Assembly: GCF_036321535.1 (NCBI RefSeq)
Contig: NC_087436.1
Coordinates: 109,928,001-109,992,000, forward strand
Source: Camelus dromedarius
Lineage: Eukaryota
Direction: 5' to 3'
Length of the DNA: 64,000 nt
Every line of letters starts with the position of its first letter. Position 1 is the first letter of the stretch. Made by a program: the position numbers and the translations under genes. The notes under the pieces were generated by a model that worked only from the letters and a program-made list of their open reading frames with translations, did not search any database and was not told the origin of the DNA. Shown piece by piece: positions 11,468 to 24,855 of this stretch.

Positions 11468-13997
11468 CTTCTAGTTGCAGTTATGTTGAAGTAACCAAAA
11501 CTGGATTTCCCTCTGCCACTGCATAGAAGTATTAAACTAGACAAAGTATATAAATATCTGCTTTTAGATAACAGACAATAGTCAACAAAAAAACTGGCAC
11601 CATGGGCGAAGAGGAACAAACAAGTAAGCTTGTCTTTTTCTTGGAAATACTTGTTCCTACTGCTGTGCATGGAGGGGAGAGCCACAGAGATGATGAAAAG
11701 GTGTTTCACTGAGCTGAAGAAAGAGAGTTCAGAGAAACCAGCAGGGCTGGAATCTGTGGGACTATGTAATGGAGATGAAGGAGTTACTCAGAGAAAGAGT
11801 TCCAAAACGCTGCAGGGGGTCCCTTGAGTCTGTCTGATTTCTAAACTGCACATGCATAGAGAAACTTCACAGGACTGGGAAAAACCAACAAATCAACCAA
11901 AAGCTATCAATCAGGCAGACATTTGCAGAAAAATCCTCAGAACACATACAGGGCTGGAAGACATTATCATTCCAACTAGCTCTGGTAGAGAGACTTCACT
12001 TACCATGCAGGTAATTCAGTAGGGATCCCAGAAGGTCACATGTTGGTAGGATGTCTAAAGTAGGAGGAGAGTAAAGCTAGGCTAGCAGCATCCTGATAAA
12101 GTTTAAAATTCAACTTCATAAAAATCAATGTGATCAGCAAGTACCTTAAGAATCAACCAGAAAAAAAAAAATAGAACAAACTTTCAACATGCTTTGAAGA
12201 CACAACATAACACTAATATTCAATAACGTAACAAACATACTATCTGGCACCCAGACAACAAGTGGTAAACTAGCAATGAAGTGTGAACCATAGGATAAAA
12301 AGCAGTCATAGAAACAGAACTAGAAATAGCAGAGAAAATGGAACAGCAAAAGAAAGGGCTTTAAAGAGTTACTGTAAACATGTTCAAGGATTATGGAAAA
12401 CATACAGCAAGATGAGAAATTGAGACTATAAATATCAGCAAATTTAACTTCCAGAGCTAAAAATACAAAATCTGAAAATTTGGGGAAAATGCAGGGAATG
12501 GGCTTAAAAGCAAATAAAACGGTACTGAAGAGAAGATGGGTAAACATGAAGACAAAGAATTATAAGCTATTTTTAAAGAGAGAGAGAGAAAATGATAGTG
12601 CATCATGAATGGGGCTCAGTACCCATGGAAAGATATTGAGTATTTAATTGTGAAGTAATTGGAGTCCCATGGTAAAACGGCAGGTGGGAAAGAGTGCAGA
12701 ATGATTATTTGAAGGAATAATGGGTGAATTTATTTTCAAATTTGAATACAACTAAAAATGCAATCAAACATAAATCAACTATACTTCAATAAGAAAATGA
12801 AAGTGAAAAAAAAGACAGTGTCCATGTCCTATGCATCTTTTTATTCCTTTTGTCCTAGGGACTGGCACAGAGACCTATGAGGATTCAATAGGTTTTTACT
12901 GAATATATAGATATATCTAGTTATCTGAAATTTGACCTAATTGTGTTGTAGGATAATATTCCAGTATATCATAGTCACCTGGTCTTTTTCTGACTTTGAG
13001 GTCTGTATTTCCTCAGCATTCTTATAGAACCTCTTTTCCTATTATAATTCTAAATTATGATGTCCCCCAGGGTTATGTCCTCAGTGATCCTTGTATGTGA
13101 TAACTCCCAAATCTATATTTCTGTTCCCAGCCTACCTGTAATATTTTCCTGGGGATTAGAAAGATAGATAGATAGATAAATAGACACACATATACATATT
13201 GATATGGACATACATTGAAAAAATGCAGAAATTCAAGGTCAGTAAAGCCTAAACAGAATAAACACATGAAAACCTCTCCAAGGTACATTTTAATCACATT
13301 GCTGAAAATCAATGATAAAGAGAAAAATCTGAAAAGCCATACGTCAGGTGTGGAGAAACATTATATAGGACAATAGCAATAAGAATGATGGTTCATTTTT
13401 TTCCCCTGTAATCTGTATTTTTTATCATTGAAATATAGTTGCTTTACAATGTTGTGTTAGTTTCTGGTGTCAATTTTTAATTGGAATAAATGGAAGTCAA
13501 AGGTTTATTATAAGTACTGAAAGAAAATATACTTAAATCTGGATACTCTAGATTTTTATATCCAGCAAAACTGTACTATACAATTTAAGGTGAAATGAAG
13601 AACTTTTTAGACAAGCAAAACCAAAGAATTGTATCATTAGTTGCTTTGTGGGAAATGTTAAAGGAAAGTCTTCAGACTGGGAGACAATGCTGCATACAGG
13701 AATTTCAGATCTTCACAGACAGAAGAAGAGCAGTGAATTATGAAATATGGAGGTAGATATAAAATATTTTATTTTTAATTTTAGTATCTTTAAAAATAAT
13801 TGACTGTTTAAAGTAAGAATAATGTTGAAGAACTGTACAGTTTATAAGATGTATAGAAGTAAAAGGTATAAAAGCATTAGCACAAAGAATAGGAGAGGGA
13901 AGTTAAGTACACTGTTGCTGGATTTACATTATATATGAAGTGGTATGATGTATTTTGACAGTAGAGTGGGAAGTTTAAAAATGCATATTGTAAATCT
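11468..13997 (+). mobile_element. Old L1 (L1MC/MD/ME-type) 5' UTR, ORF1 and inter-ORF remnant, interrupted by L2-like pieces (~12810-13150) and a short L1 3' end
   Basis: ORF1 motifs 'taaacatgttcaagga', 'taattggagtccca', 'atcacattgctgaaaatcaatgataaagagaaaaatctgaaaagc', 'ctagatttttatatccagcaaaactg'. Confidence 0.7.
13417..13471 (-). mobile_element. Very short artiodactyl L1 3' end
   Basis: 'attgaaatatagttgctttacaatgttgtgttagtttctggtgt'. Confidence 0.75.
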
Positions 13998-14019
13998 TTG
14001 TGTTTGTGTGTGTGTGCAA

Positions 14020-14715
14020 GTAAACAACTGAGAGCAAATTGGAGAATTTGTACTCCTTCATCCTTTAATACTTAAGTATTTTCTGAGAAGAGACGACTCT
14101 CTTTAAAAAAGTTAATTTATTAAAATTAGGGAATTTAACACTGAAAAATATTCTTGACTATCAAATAGTTTATATTCAAATGTCTGATACTTTGCAGATG
14201 TATAGCTATTTTTCCTCCTTTTTAAAATATAATTTGGGATCACATATTTCATTTGACTTTAGTGTCTCATTACTTTTCTTTAATCTGGATTATTTTCTCA
14301 TCTTTTATGTTTCATCACCTTGACATTCTTTAAGATTACACTTTTTTCTTATTTTATGAAATGTCTTGCATTTTAAGCTTGTTTGATGTTTTCTCAGGAT
14401 GAGGGTCGAGTAATGCATTTTTGGCCAAAATGCCACAGAAGTTATGTTTTCTTCTTGACATTTTAGCAGGAGAGACAAAATTGATCTGTTCTCATATTGG
14501 TAGTGATAAATTTGAAAACATAGTTAATGTGCTATCTGCAAATTTTCTCAACTCTATAGATACAATTATTCTCATTGTATTAATAAGAAATCCACAAAGA
14601 TTGCAAAATTATGTAATTATCCTCTTTCTTATATAAATACAGGCTTGTAGATTCTTGTTTTATATTTTATACAATGAATTATATTTTTTATGATAATGCT
14701 CTAGTTGTTCACTGG
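14020..14715 (-). mobile_element. L1MC4/5-like 3' UTR
   Basis: 'tttaatctgga...tttcatcaccttgacatt...tttgatgttttctcaggatgag...atgcatttttggccaaaatgccacagaagt'. Confidence 0.7.
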
Positions 14716-14724
14716 TGGCAATTC

Positions 14725-14960
14725 AATTCATTTATCTGAAAAAAATCTCTTTTCCACCACTATTTTTGAAGGCTATTTTCACTAGGTATAGAATTCAATA
14801 TTGAGAATATTTTTTCAATACTTTAAAGATGCCATTGCATTTTATCCTGGCATACACTACATTCAAGAAGTCAACCATAATTTTGACGTGTTTTTGCCAG
14901 TGTTTTGTCGCTTTTCTGGAAGAGTTCATCTTTGGCAGTTCTCACTGTAATATTCTAGAG
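14725..14960 (-). mobile_element. Old L1/HAL1 ORF1 fragment
   Basis: 'tttttgaaggctattttcactaggtatagaattc...tttcaatactttaaagatgccattgcatt'. Confidence 0.6.
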
Positions 14961-15258
14961 TTCTTTTAGTTCATCTACTCTTGCATGCCATTCAAAGAGG
15001 AAATTTTCACCTGCATCCCAGATAGGTCCTATTGAAATTGATTTCATAACGTGTGATGAGCAGAAGGAAGAAAGTATACTAGTGATTTAATAACTTAAAT
15101 ACTTTAATGATAGTTAAATATTCTTAATTCACAACACTTTCATAGGTGATGGCCTTCCATGACACTTGAACCACTGAAGGATGCAGAGTGGAATAAAACA
15201 GGATCATTGTGCTTTGAAAAATCACAGTCTTAGTAAAGAGACCTATGAGTGGGAAATA

Positions 15259-17683
15259 GACTTTGGTTACTGGCTCTGCGTGTAAGGAGTTTGGAAGTTG
15301 CCATCTCGTCCTAACAAGTAAAAAGCTGAACAGCATGAAGATCAACAATTTTCTTGGATTCATGAGAGGAGGGATACAGGGAAAGCCACAACCCTCAAGG
15401 CTGAGGAGACAGACACCACATAGAGGGAGTTACGACTTACTGAAGCAGAGACTCACAAACAGAAATCTTCAAGGGAACCTGTTCTGGGTAGGAAACATCT
15501 ACACTGTAATTGACAAATTGCTGGAGGCTGAGTATGGATAACTCAGAGAGTTAAAAATTCCAGGAGGATCCAGTTATGGAAGGGACCCCACAATATTATG
15601 AGATTTGCTCCCAAAGAGTTCTACCAAGTTTCCACAATAAATATCTGAGAAAAATTCCCTCAGGTCTCCAACACAGGGAGGAAAAAGGAAACTAGTTTGT
15701 AATATTCCAGAATACCATGTTCTACCCTCAAGGGCAACTATTTAACCAGAGCCTAACCTGCTGGGGTATTATCAGAACCTATGTGACCTGGGTAAGGAAA
15801 ATAGCTAACTTCTAGACCACTCTAGCCATCCTGTCCCACCAAAGGAGGGAGAAAAAACTGAGAAAAAACCTGCAAAGTAAACAGTCAGGAAGTATAAGCA
15901 CACTAAAAGACTGAGATGTAATCACAGGGCTATAGAATATTTCTACTCCCCCTACACCTTACCACTAACTTCCTAAAGTGCCATTTACAGCAATACATCA
16001 TGTCTGGCTATCAAGAAAAATATTACAATGCACACTAAAGGACAAAAAACACAATTTGAAGAGATAGCGCAAGCATCAGAACCAGACATGGCAGGGACGT
16101 TGGAATCATCAGATTGGAAATTTAAACCAACTTTCGTGAATAGGCTAAGAGCTCTAACAGATAAAGTAGGCAACATGCAAGAACAGTTGGGCAATATAAA
16201 GAGAGGAGATAGAAATCGTAACAAAGAACCAAAAATAAATAACAGATAAAAATACCATAATAGAAATGAAAGAATGCCTTTGATGGATATATTAGTAGAG
16301 TGAACATGACTGAGGAAAACATCTTTGACCTAGAGGATATATCAAAAGAATCCTCAAAAACAGAAAAGCAAAGAGAACAAAGACTAAAAATGTAGAACAG
16401 AAAATCTAAGAACTGGAAGAACCACAAAAGATGTAACATAAATGTAATGGGAATACCAGAAGGAGAAGAAAGAGAAAGGAACAGAAATATTTGAAATAAC
16501 GACCAAGAATTTCTGTAAATTAATGTCAGACACCAGGCCATGGATCTGGGAAGTTCAGAGAATACCAAGCAAGCAGGATAAATGTCAAAGAACCGCACCT
16601 CAGGACATCACTTTCAAATTATGGGAAAGCAAATAAAAAGAAAAAAAATTCTAAAAGAATTCAGAGGAACAAAAACACCTTACCAACAGAGGAACAGAGA
16701 TGAGCATTATATCCATCTTTTCCTCAGAAAACCATGCAAGCAAGGAGAGAGTGAAATAAAATATTTAAAGTGCTGAGGAAAAAAGCAAAATAAAACAAAA
16801 TACCAGCTTAGAATTTTATACTCTGAAAAATTAGCCTTGAAAAGTGAAGGAGAAATAAAGACTTTCTCAGACAAATAAAAATTGAGGGATTTGTTGCTAG
16901 TAGACCTTCCTTGAAAGTAATGTTAAAACAAGTGCTTTTCAGAGAAGAAAAATATTATAGATCAGAAACTCCAATCTACCTAAAGGAAAAACATTGAAGA
17001 AGGAATAAGTAAAGGTAAAATTTTAAAAATTGTTTTTCTTGTTCTTAATTGATCTAATAGATACCATTTTGTTCAAAATAAAAACAGTGACACTATATTT
17101 GATTATGTATGTGTGTGTATACATATATATATTTCTATAACTGCTTAAGTATGCCTATATACAAGTGAAATGATGTTACAAAGGACAGGAGAAAGGAATT
17201 AAAATCATCTTGTTATTATAAAGTATTCACACTACCCACGAAGTGGTATATTGTTATTTAAAAGTAGACTTGGGTTAGTTGTAAATGTATATTGCAAATT
17301 GCAGGGCAACCACTAAAAAAAGTTTAAAAATGCGTAACTGATAGGCTAAGAAAGCAGAAATCATGAAATATTATGAATTGCTTAATCAAAACCACAAAAG
17401 GCAGAAAAACAGAAGACAAAAATAAGAACAAAGAACAAGAGCAACAAATAAAAAAAAATAATGAATATGGTAGACATTAATCCAAGTGTATCAGTAGTCC
17501 CTTTGAATGTCAATAATCTAAAAATGCACTGACTGAAAGACAGAGATTGTCAGAGTAGCTCAAAAAACACGACCCAACTATACATTTAGTGTAGGAAACC
17601 CACTTTAAATATAAAGATACATATAGATTAAAAGTAAATGGGTAGAAAAAAAAAAAAGAAAAGAAAAATTACATGGGTAAGAG

Positions 17684-17724
<41 letters not shown>

Positions 17725-18022
17725 AAGTAAATGGGTAGAGAAATACATACCAGGTAATACTAAGCAAAATGAACAGGAGTAGCTATACTAATTTAAAGTA
17801 AGAGAAGTTATCAAGGATAAAGTAGGGCACTATGTAATGGCAAAGAGGTCACTTCTCCAAGCAGACATAGCAATTCTTAATGTGTGTATCCTAACAATGG
17901 AGCATCAAATTACATGAGGCAAAAACTCATACAACTGCAAGGGGAAATAGATGAACCCATTATCATGTTGAATACCTCAACACTTCTCTCTCAGAAATGG
18001 ACAGATAACAGCAGGCAGAAAT
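15259..18022 (+). mobile_element. L1 (L1MC-like) 5' UTR, decayed ORF1, spacer and ORF2 endonuclease start; 3' part missing
   Basis: ORF 16028-16249 (FEEIAQASEPDMAGTLESSDWKFK...LRALTDKVGNMQEQ) is L1 ORF1-like; ORF2 EN motifs from ~17465 ('tttgaatgtcaataatcta', 'aaaaaacacgacccaactata', 'ggaaacccactttaaatataaaga'). Confidence 0.85.
17687..17718. repeat. (CA)16 microsatellite
   Basis: Perfect CA run inside L1 ORF2 remnant. Confidence 0.95.
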
Positions 18023-19199
18023 AACAATCATGAAAATGCATTGCAATTGGTGCTGTAATAGGGCTATGGAGGTAGTTAAAAATATACAGCCATTCTTAGA
18101 GGTGGTGTGTATGCTCTCAGTGGCTTATTTCTTATTTCATAGTAGCTTCATTTCCTTAATTAATCATTCCAAAGTTTAACTGAATGGTATCTATCTGTAA
18201 CTTTTATCTAACACATTATTCAGCCACAAAGAAAAATGTTTGAATCCAGCAGCAGATGCCAAAGTTTGGGTCGACCTGAAGGACTACACACTGGATTTGC
18301 ATCATCTTTTCTATGCATCTATTTGTCTAAACTACGTGATGACCTTAAACCCAGTCTTTTTTCAGCTGTAAACTCTGTCACATTGTCAGCACTATGCAAG
18401 CAGATCAATAACTGTATCGTCATCACCACCAGTGAGATATCTGATTAGTTGTGTCTTAGAATCACTTTCTGATTTTCCAATATAATAATAAAGTTAACAT
18501 TTTATTTTTGGAAAAGAAGTTTTTCAGGCTCTTGTGAAAAATTGGCAAAAAAAAAAAAGATCCCCTACATATTTACCCAAGTTGGTATTCATTTTCTACA
18601 GGAAACAATTTGCTTCAGATTTTCTACAGACAACGAAAGTATGTGTTCTTTAAGTTTTTGCAATGAAAAGCAAAAGTGACTTTTACATCTTAAGTTGAGT
18701 TTTACTAGCAGGATGACTTCTGTGTCTAGCTGCTTAACCACATTTAAGTAAGAATTTCATAGGAAAATATCTTTCATGTGTTTTTATGGAAACTTCTAGA
18801 TGAGGAATATTTATAAACTTAACTCACTTGGCTCGCTACCAATAATGTCCATTGGGCATTTATGATATTATATGTGTTGTTAATAAATTTAATAATAGAT
18901 TTCTTGAACCTCAAGATATGAATCATTGGCAAAGAAGACTAGTGTTTAAATGTGAAACCAGGACTCTGAATAACGATACTTAAATCAATCCCATTTTGAT
19001 GCCATCACAAGCTACTTACAGACATGCAAAGAAGTATAAAATTGTAGCAACGGGTGATCTTTTACGTGTTTCTAATATAAGTGAACTAAGTGCAATGTAG
19101 ATTGAGATAAATCAAATTAGTTTATTCCTTTTATATAAACTGGAAGATAATAATGGTTTATATGGCAAATAGAATGAGAAAGTACAAGGTATTCTAAAA

Positions 19200-19410
19200 T
19201 TCCTAGACTTTGCAGTCCGGAAGGAAAGGGTACAAATCCTGGCTCAGTCACTTAATTATAGGTGTGTGACTAAGGAAGATACACAAAATTACAATGCTTT
19301 AAATTTCTCATTTGTATAGTGTAAATAATTGTTCTTAATTATCAAGATTATGTAAAAATTAAGAAATGTGTGATACATACAAATCACATAGATGTTTTCT
19401 AGTAAGTATT
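19200..19410 (+). mobile_element. MIR SINE
   Basis: 'gggtacaaatcctggctcagtcactta...tgtgtgac...tttctcatttgtat'. Confidence 0.7.
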
Positions 19411-21049
19411 AGATGTTACTTTTCCTGAAATATTAATTTATAAAATATTTAGTACCAACGAATGCAACTTAAACACTGGAAGAAAAAGAATTATGGGAAG
19501 AATCCATTATTCATGTGTGTGGTAAACTTGTTATTCACTCAGCTTTTTATCCAAGGATGACTATTTTGTTCATGCTGAATGTCATGTGTATCTTTCTTTC
19601 CTTACTCTTCAGTTCACATGTTACACCAGTAAACTTTTTTAGAACAGAAACAAATCTGTTTTACCAAAAGTAGCATTCACACAGATAGGCATATAAGCAT
19701 ATATACTACTTGATGGAATCAAACTGAAATTAAGTATTTTGTTTATACCTAGCAAAATACAGCTTCCTGTGTTTATGAAAAAATAATAAAATTTATGTTA
19801 AATGTCAAATATCTTATGTAGAGTCACTTGTTGAAGAGTAAGTGAAAAGGAATGAAGACCATAAGAACCGAATTTCTGTGCAAAAATGTCTGGATCTAAA
19901 AATTAAAGAAGGAAAGTGCTTAGAGAGCCATGTGCTGTATCTTGACAAACCTGAAAAATTTGAAAAATAGCATGATATAAACACAAATGTGGCTTCCTTT
20001 TCCTACTCTTAATTCATCAATAGTTTTATGAAAACATGGTGAATGATGCTCTAGAGGAATTTTCCAATTTCCTAACTTCCTTAAAATTTTGAATTTTAGA
20101 AAGAAAAATTGAGATATCTTTTAAGGATAAAGATATAGCAGCTCATCATCTCCTCCAGGCCCTAGAGTGCAATCTTGTCCTCAGCTTAGAAAGCCCCACA
20201 TATGCCAGGTCACATATGTACCCACAACTCCTAGCATATAGCTCGTAGCCTATAGATAGTTGGTGAGTAATTAACTTTTTTTCTTAATACTATACTATGT
20301 TTTTAACTTATGTTTTAACAAACAAAGTAGCATGACATTGAGTAGGTATTTATTTTTCTTAACCTTAAATATTTTCCACAGCAACTTAACAACAAAAACA
20401 TAATTTCTGATGACTACGTCTTTTAACTATCACTTTTTATATATTTTTAAAAATCAAACCTTTAGCATTGTTCAATAGTCAGTGTAGTTAATAAATACTG
20501 TTTTCAAAGATCTATAATATAGCCTCTTAGCAATTCCAATAGAAAAGCTGAATTTCATTTACAACTGATAAAATACTAAAAACATTGAAAAGTCCAAAAA
20601 CAGTTTCTTTGAAGTTATAAACAGAAGAGGGTTATAAAGTTGTATGAGAACTCATCAAAATATTTACTGTAGTGTTCTCCCAGCCTTCATTATTTTTGTA
20701 GGCCAGAAGGCAATACTGATAGGTTTAAAATTCTTACAGCAGTAGTGACACTTGTGATTACTTTCTTGACCTATTTTCAGGTGGTTGCCATATGTTTGGC
20801 TTCAACACATAGATATTTTTTGATTTACTTCTCTGGCATATCAATCATTTTATAACGGAAAAAAATTTTCTCTTAGACCATGCACTAGGTCCATTGAATT
20901 AGTAATCTATCCACAAAAAAGGTAAGATACAATGTGGAGGTGGGAAATGTGGTTCAAAAGAATTAAGACAGAATTTGAAGAGTTGAGTCCAAAATAACCT
21001 TTTTTTGAAATTCATAATTAGTCCAATTTACATGTATCGGTGCTATTTC

Positions 21050-21765
21050 AGAGTAACTGTAGACATGATGCCACATTTTCTGGCATGTGTTTGATCTCCT
21101 TTAATCTGGAGAAGTTTCTCAGACTTCTATGTATTACATAAAATTAACATTTTTGAAGAGTACAGGCCAATTTTGCTTTGTTTCGTTTTGTTTTTGTAGA
21201 ATGTTCCTCGGTTTGATTTTGTCTTATGTTTTCTCATGATGAGACTCAGATTATGCATGCAGACAGATTACATATATAAACCAAAATAGTATTGTGTTCT
21301 TCTTAGTGCATTGTGTAAGAAGTACATGATATAGGTTAATGATTGGTGAAGATAACTTTGATAGTTTCATTAAGGTGATTTTTGCTAGGTTTCTTCACTA
21401 TAAGATTATTATCTTACCATTTGTAATTGACAAGTAATTTGTGGGAAAATGCATTAAAATTATGTAAATCGCATGTTCCCTATTAAACTTTTACCACCAG
21501 CTTTAGCATCCATCTCTGATTAATTACGCAGTGAATTTTTCCGTTTATAGTTGGAAATGATAAATTTTTTAACTCCACCATTTCTTCTCCATTTTTTAGT
21601 TGGCATGGTACTATGAAGAAGAGCTTCACCTCTTTCTCTCGTTCTTTCTTTCTCTCTTTCTCTCCCTTCTTTCCTTCCTTCCTTCTTTCCTACCTTCTTG
21701 TTTCTTTCTTTCTTATGGACACATGAATTTTGTAATCCATTATTTTTATTATTTTGGATGCTCTC
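21050..21765 (-). mobile_element. L1MC4-like 3' UTR with internal CT-rich tract (~21630-21712)
   Basis: 'ctcctttaatctggagaagtttctc...acatttttgaagagtacaggcca...gtagaatgttcctc...ctaggtttcttcactataag'. Confidence 0.75.
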
Positions 21766-21789
21766 TCCTCTGTCTTCATAAAGAGCCCA

Positions 21790-22550
21790 CAAAGAATACT
21801 GAGGCAAAGGAAGTGAAAAGTGAAAAAGTGCTTTAGCGAGAAAAATCTTGGTATTTTTCAAGGTTTAACAAGAATTCAAGTGCTATTAAGAGACATCACT
21901 GTGTAAAAGTGATATAAGTTGGGGCTGGAGAGATGAATAGACTAATAGGGTTTTGAAGACCATGAGGAAAAGTAGAATTTTATTCTGATTGAAGTGCAAA
22001 GGCGATAGAAGCACTTGAGAGATTGAAAAAGAACTAATGTATCTTTCTCAGGGATCACCTTAGTCTAGATATTAAAATAGGACAAGAATGAAAAAAGAAG
22101 AAGAGTAAAAGAGTTATTGCAGAAGTTAAGGAATGTTACTATGGTGGTTTTGACCAGAGGAGTAGTAGTGAACAGTGAAAAGAATGCTAAATTAGGCGGC
22201 TGCTTTATGAGTACAGACAACATGGCTTTAGTGGGTGGGATGATGTAGGGGGTAAGGGAAAGGGAGGGTTAAAATTAATTCCTACCAGTTTGACCTGAGT
22301 TACTCGGTGGGTGATTTCACCAATAATAAAATGAAGATTGATTCCCAAGGAATAGGCTTTTTTTTGAGGGAGAAATCTAGAAATTTTATTTTGGAAAGGT
22401 TTAACTTTCAAGTATTTAAGTATAAATATCAGGTCTTGGATATGAGTCTGATGTTCATAAAAGTGGTTAGTGGTAGAATTATAAATTTGTGAAACATAAA
22501 CCTATACATATTATTTAAACCAGGGAACTAGATTAAATACGAGAAAGTGA
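21790..22550 (-). mobile_element. L2 LINE remnant
   Basis: 'ttttgaagaccatgaggaaaagtagaattttattctga', 'gttattgcagaagttaagg...atggtggttttgaccagaggagtagtagtg'. Confidence 0.7.
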
Positions 22551-23843
22551 TACTGTTTCTAAAAAATTGGTAAATATTTGTTTTATTCATTTCATTATAT
22601 CAATTTGATTGTCATGAAAGGGTCTTGTTGTTTCTTACTAGAAAAGTTGATCTCTTACTAAGCCAGTAATAACTAATTTGAGGAAAGAAAGGGCTATTTG
22701 AAGAATGTATTGCTGAGAGTTTTCCATAAACAGCATGGATTTTTTGATTAAAAAACAAGAATCTTAAAGTTTGGGTAGCACAATTAATCCGAAGCTTAAA
22801 AATTTCACCCTTTGATATGTCTTAGCGAATGTGTGAATCATACAAGAAAAGACAATTTTTCAAGGATAGAATACTTACAGAGCAATGACAAGAGAACTGA
22901 CAGCAAACTTTTCCACAGCAATAAAGAAGGCAGAAGGTAGTGGAATACTGTCTTTGAAGTGCTGACAAAGTATACTTAATAATAAAATAATGAGTGTCTT
23001 CTTCCTCCTTGTAGGAAGAAGGCAAATAATTCCACTATTACAACTTCTCAAATATTGCACCAAGGTCCTAGGTAGAGCAACAAGAAAACTGTAAACAGAA
23101 ATAATCAAAAGGCAGAAGGAGAATTATACTTACTCATACATGACACACTTGTGTACATAAAAAATCTAAATAAATCCATCCAAAAGTCTATTGGCAGTAA
23201 TTGCATTACATTACTATATACTAACAAGTGCAAGATTGAAATTAAAAAACCGTATCATTAACTGCAATGACAGTATTAAACACATAAGAAGAAATGTAAT
23301 ATAACTTGTCTGAGATATCTAATCTGAAAACTCCAAAATTATTGAAGGAATTCAAATCACCTGAATGAATGGAGTGATATACAAGTTAGTGTATTGGAAA
23401 ATTCAGTATTTTTATGATGTAAATTCCAAGCTGATCCATAGATTCAATACAATAAAATCATAATCCTAGCTGGGGTGTGTGTGTTTGTGAACATTTGTAA
23501 GTCTATTCTAAGGTTTATATGGGAATGAAAAGGACAAATAACAGTTAAGAAAATCTTAAATAAAATGCCAATTTGAAGATACTCATTTTTACTTAAGACA
23601 ACGCATGCTGTAGTAATTAAGATAGTGTGATAATGGTCCAGTTATAGGCAAAACAGTCATGAAGCAAGATAGTTAGGAAACAGAACCAAAAAGTACAATC
23701 ACCTGATTTATGACAATTATTAAATTGTTTTCCACTAAAATAAAGGAAATGGGCAAGCCACAAACAATGAGTAGATTTTTGAAAGTATATCTTAAACAAA
23801 TTACACAGGAAAAAAAGAAGCTGATATAAAAACAAGCAACATT

Positions 23844-24076
23844 CAAGATTTGTAGATACTAACATGTATAAAATAGATAAACAGAAAGTTCATACTGTAT
23901 AGCACAGGGAACTATTTTCAATATCTCGTAGTAACTTATAGTGAAAAAGAATATAAAAACAAATATATGTATATTCATGTATAAGTGAAACATTATGCTG
24001 TACACTAGAAATTGACACAACATTGTAAACTGACTATACTTCAATAAAAAAAATATATACACAAAAGAAAAAAAAA
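23844..24076 (+). mobile_element. Camelid L1 3' end with A-rich tail
   Basis: 'atactgtatagcacagggaactat...gaaattgacacaacattgtaaactgactatacttcaataaaaaaaa'; possible decayed TSD aaacaagcaaca/aaataggcaaca. Confidence 0.85.
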
Positions 24077-24349
24077 TAGGCAACAGATTTCTCCAGGCAC
24101 TTCACAAATGAGGATATACAAGTAGCCAATAAGAATAAAACGATGTTCTCCATAAAATTAGTCTTCAGAGAAATGATAATGTAACCACACTGACTAAATT
24201 TAATGATACTGACAATATCAACTGTTTTCAAAGATGTGGAACAACTGGAACTTTCACACATTTTTGATGGAAATATAAAGTGATACAAACATTTAAAATT
24301 TTTACTTTCAATAATTATTAAAGCAAAACATGTATTTTAAAATTATATT

Positions 24350-24855
24350 AATTAAAGCCCAAAACTATAAATATTTTTTACCTCACAGTTTCCATAGCTC
24401 AGGAATCTAGAAGTAGCTTAGCTGGCTGCACAGGGTCTTGTTGAAATATCAGTTCATCCTGCAATCATACCAAATTCTGACTGAGGAAAGATTATTTATG
24501 AAGCCTACTCACACGCTTGGTAGGCTTCAGAAGATCTGTTACCAGAATCATTCACACTACTGCTGAAAGTCTTCAGAAAATCTGCTTTTGAGTTCACTAA
24601 GTTGAGCCTCTTTGTAAGGCTAGCTCAAATGTCTTCTTCTAGAAATAAGCAATTCAAGAGAAATAAAGGGACCCCAGGAAGAAGCCACACTTTTATATCC
24701 TAATGTCAGAAGTGACATTACATTACTTCTACCATATTCTGTTTCTTAGGAGTGAGTCTGTAAGTCCAGCCCATGCCCAAGGGGAAGGAATGACATAAGG
24801 ATGATTCCCAGGAAATGGAGATCATCGGGGGCCATCTTAGAAGTTGCTTATCACA
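24350..24855 (-). mobile_element. MaLR LTR (MLT1E/F-like)
   Basis: 'ctcacagtttccatagctcaggaatct...cagaagtgaca...cttctaccatattctgtt...gtccagcccatgcccaaggggaagg...gggggccatcttagaag..tgcttatcaca'. Confidence 0.8.

Noticed and set aside
15985..16776. Cluster of ORFs including a 158-aa minus-strand ORF
   Set aside because: Sense and antisense readings of decayed L1 ORF1.
21520..21861. ORFs with KEGR/SFLP repeats
   Set aside because: Translation of a CT-rich simple repeat inside an L1 3' UTR.
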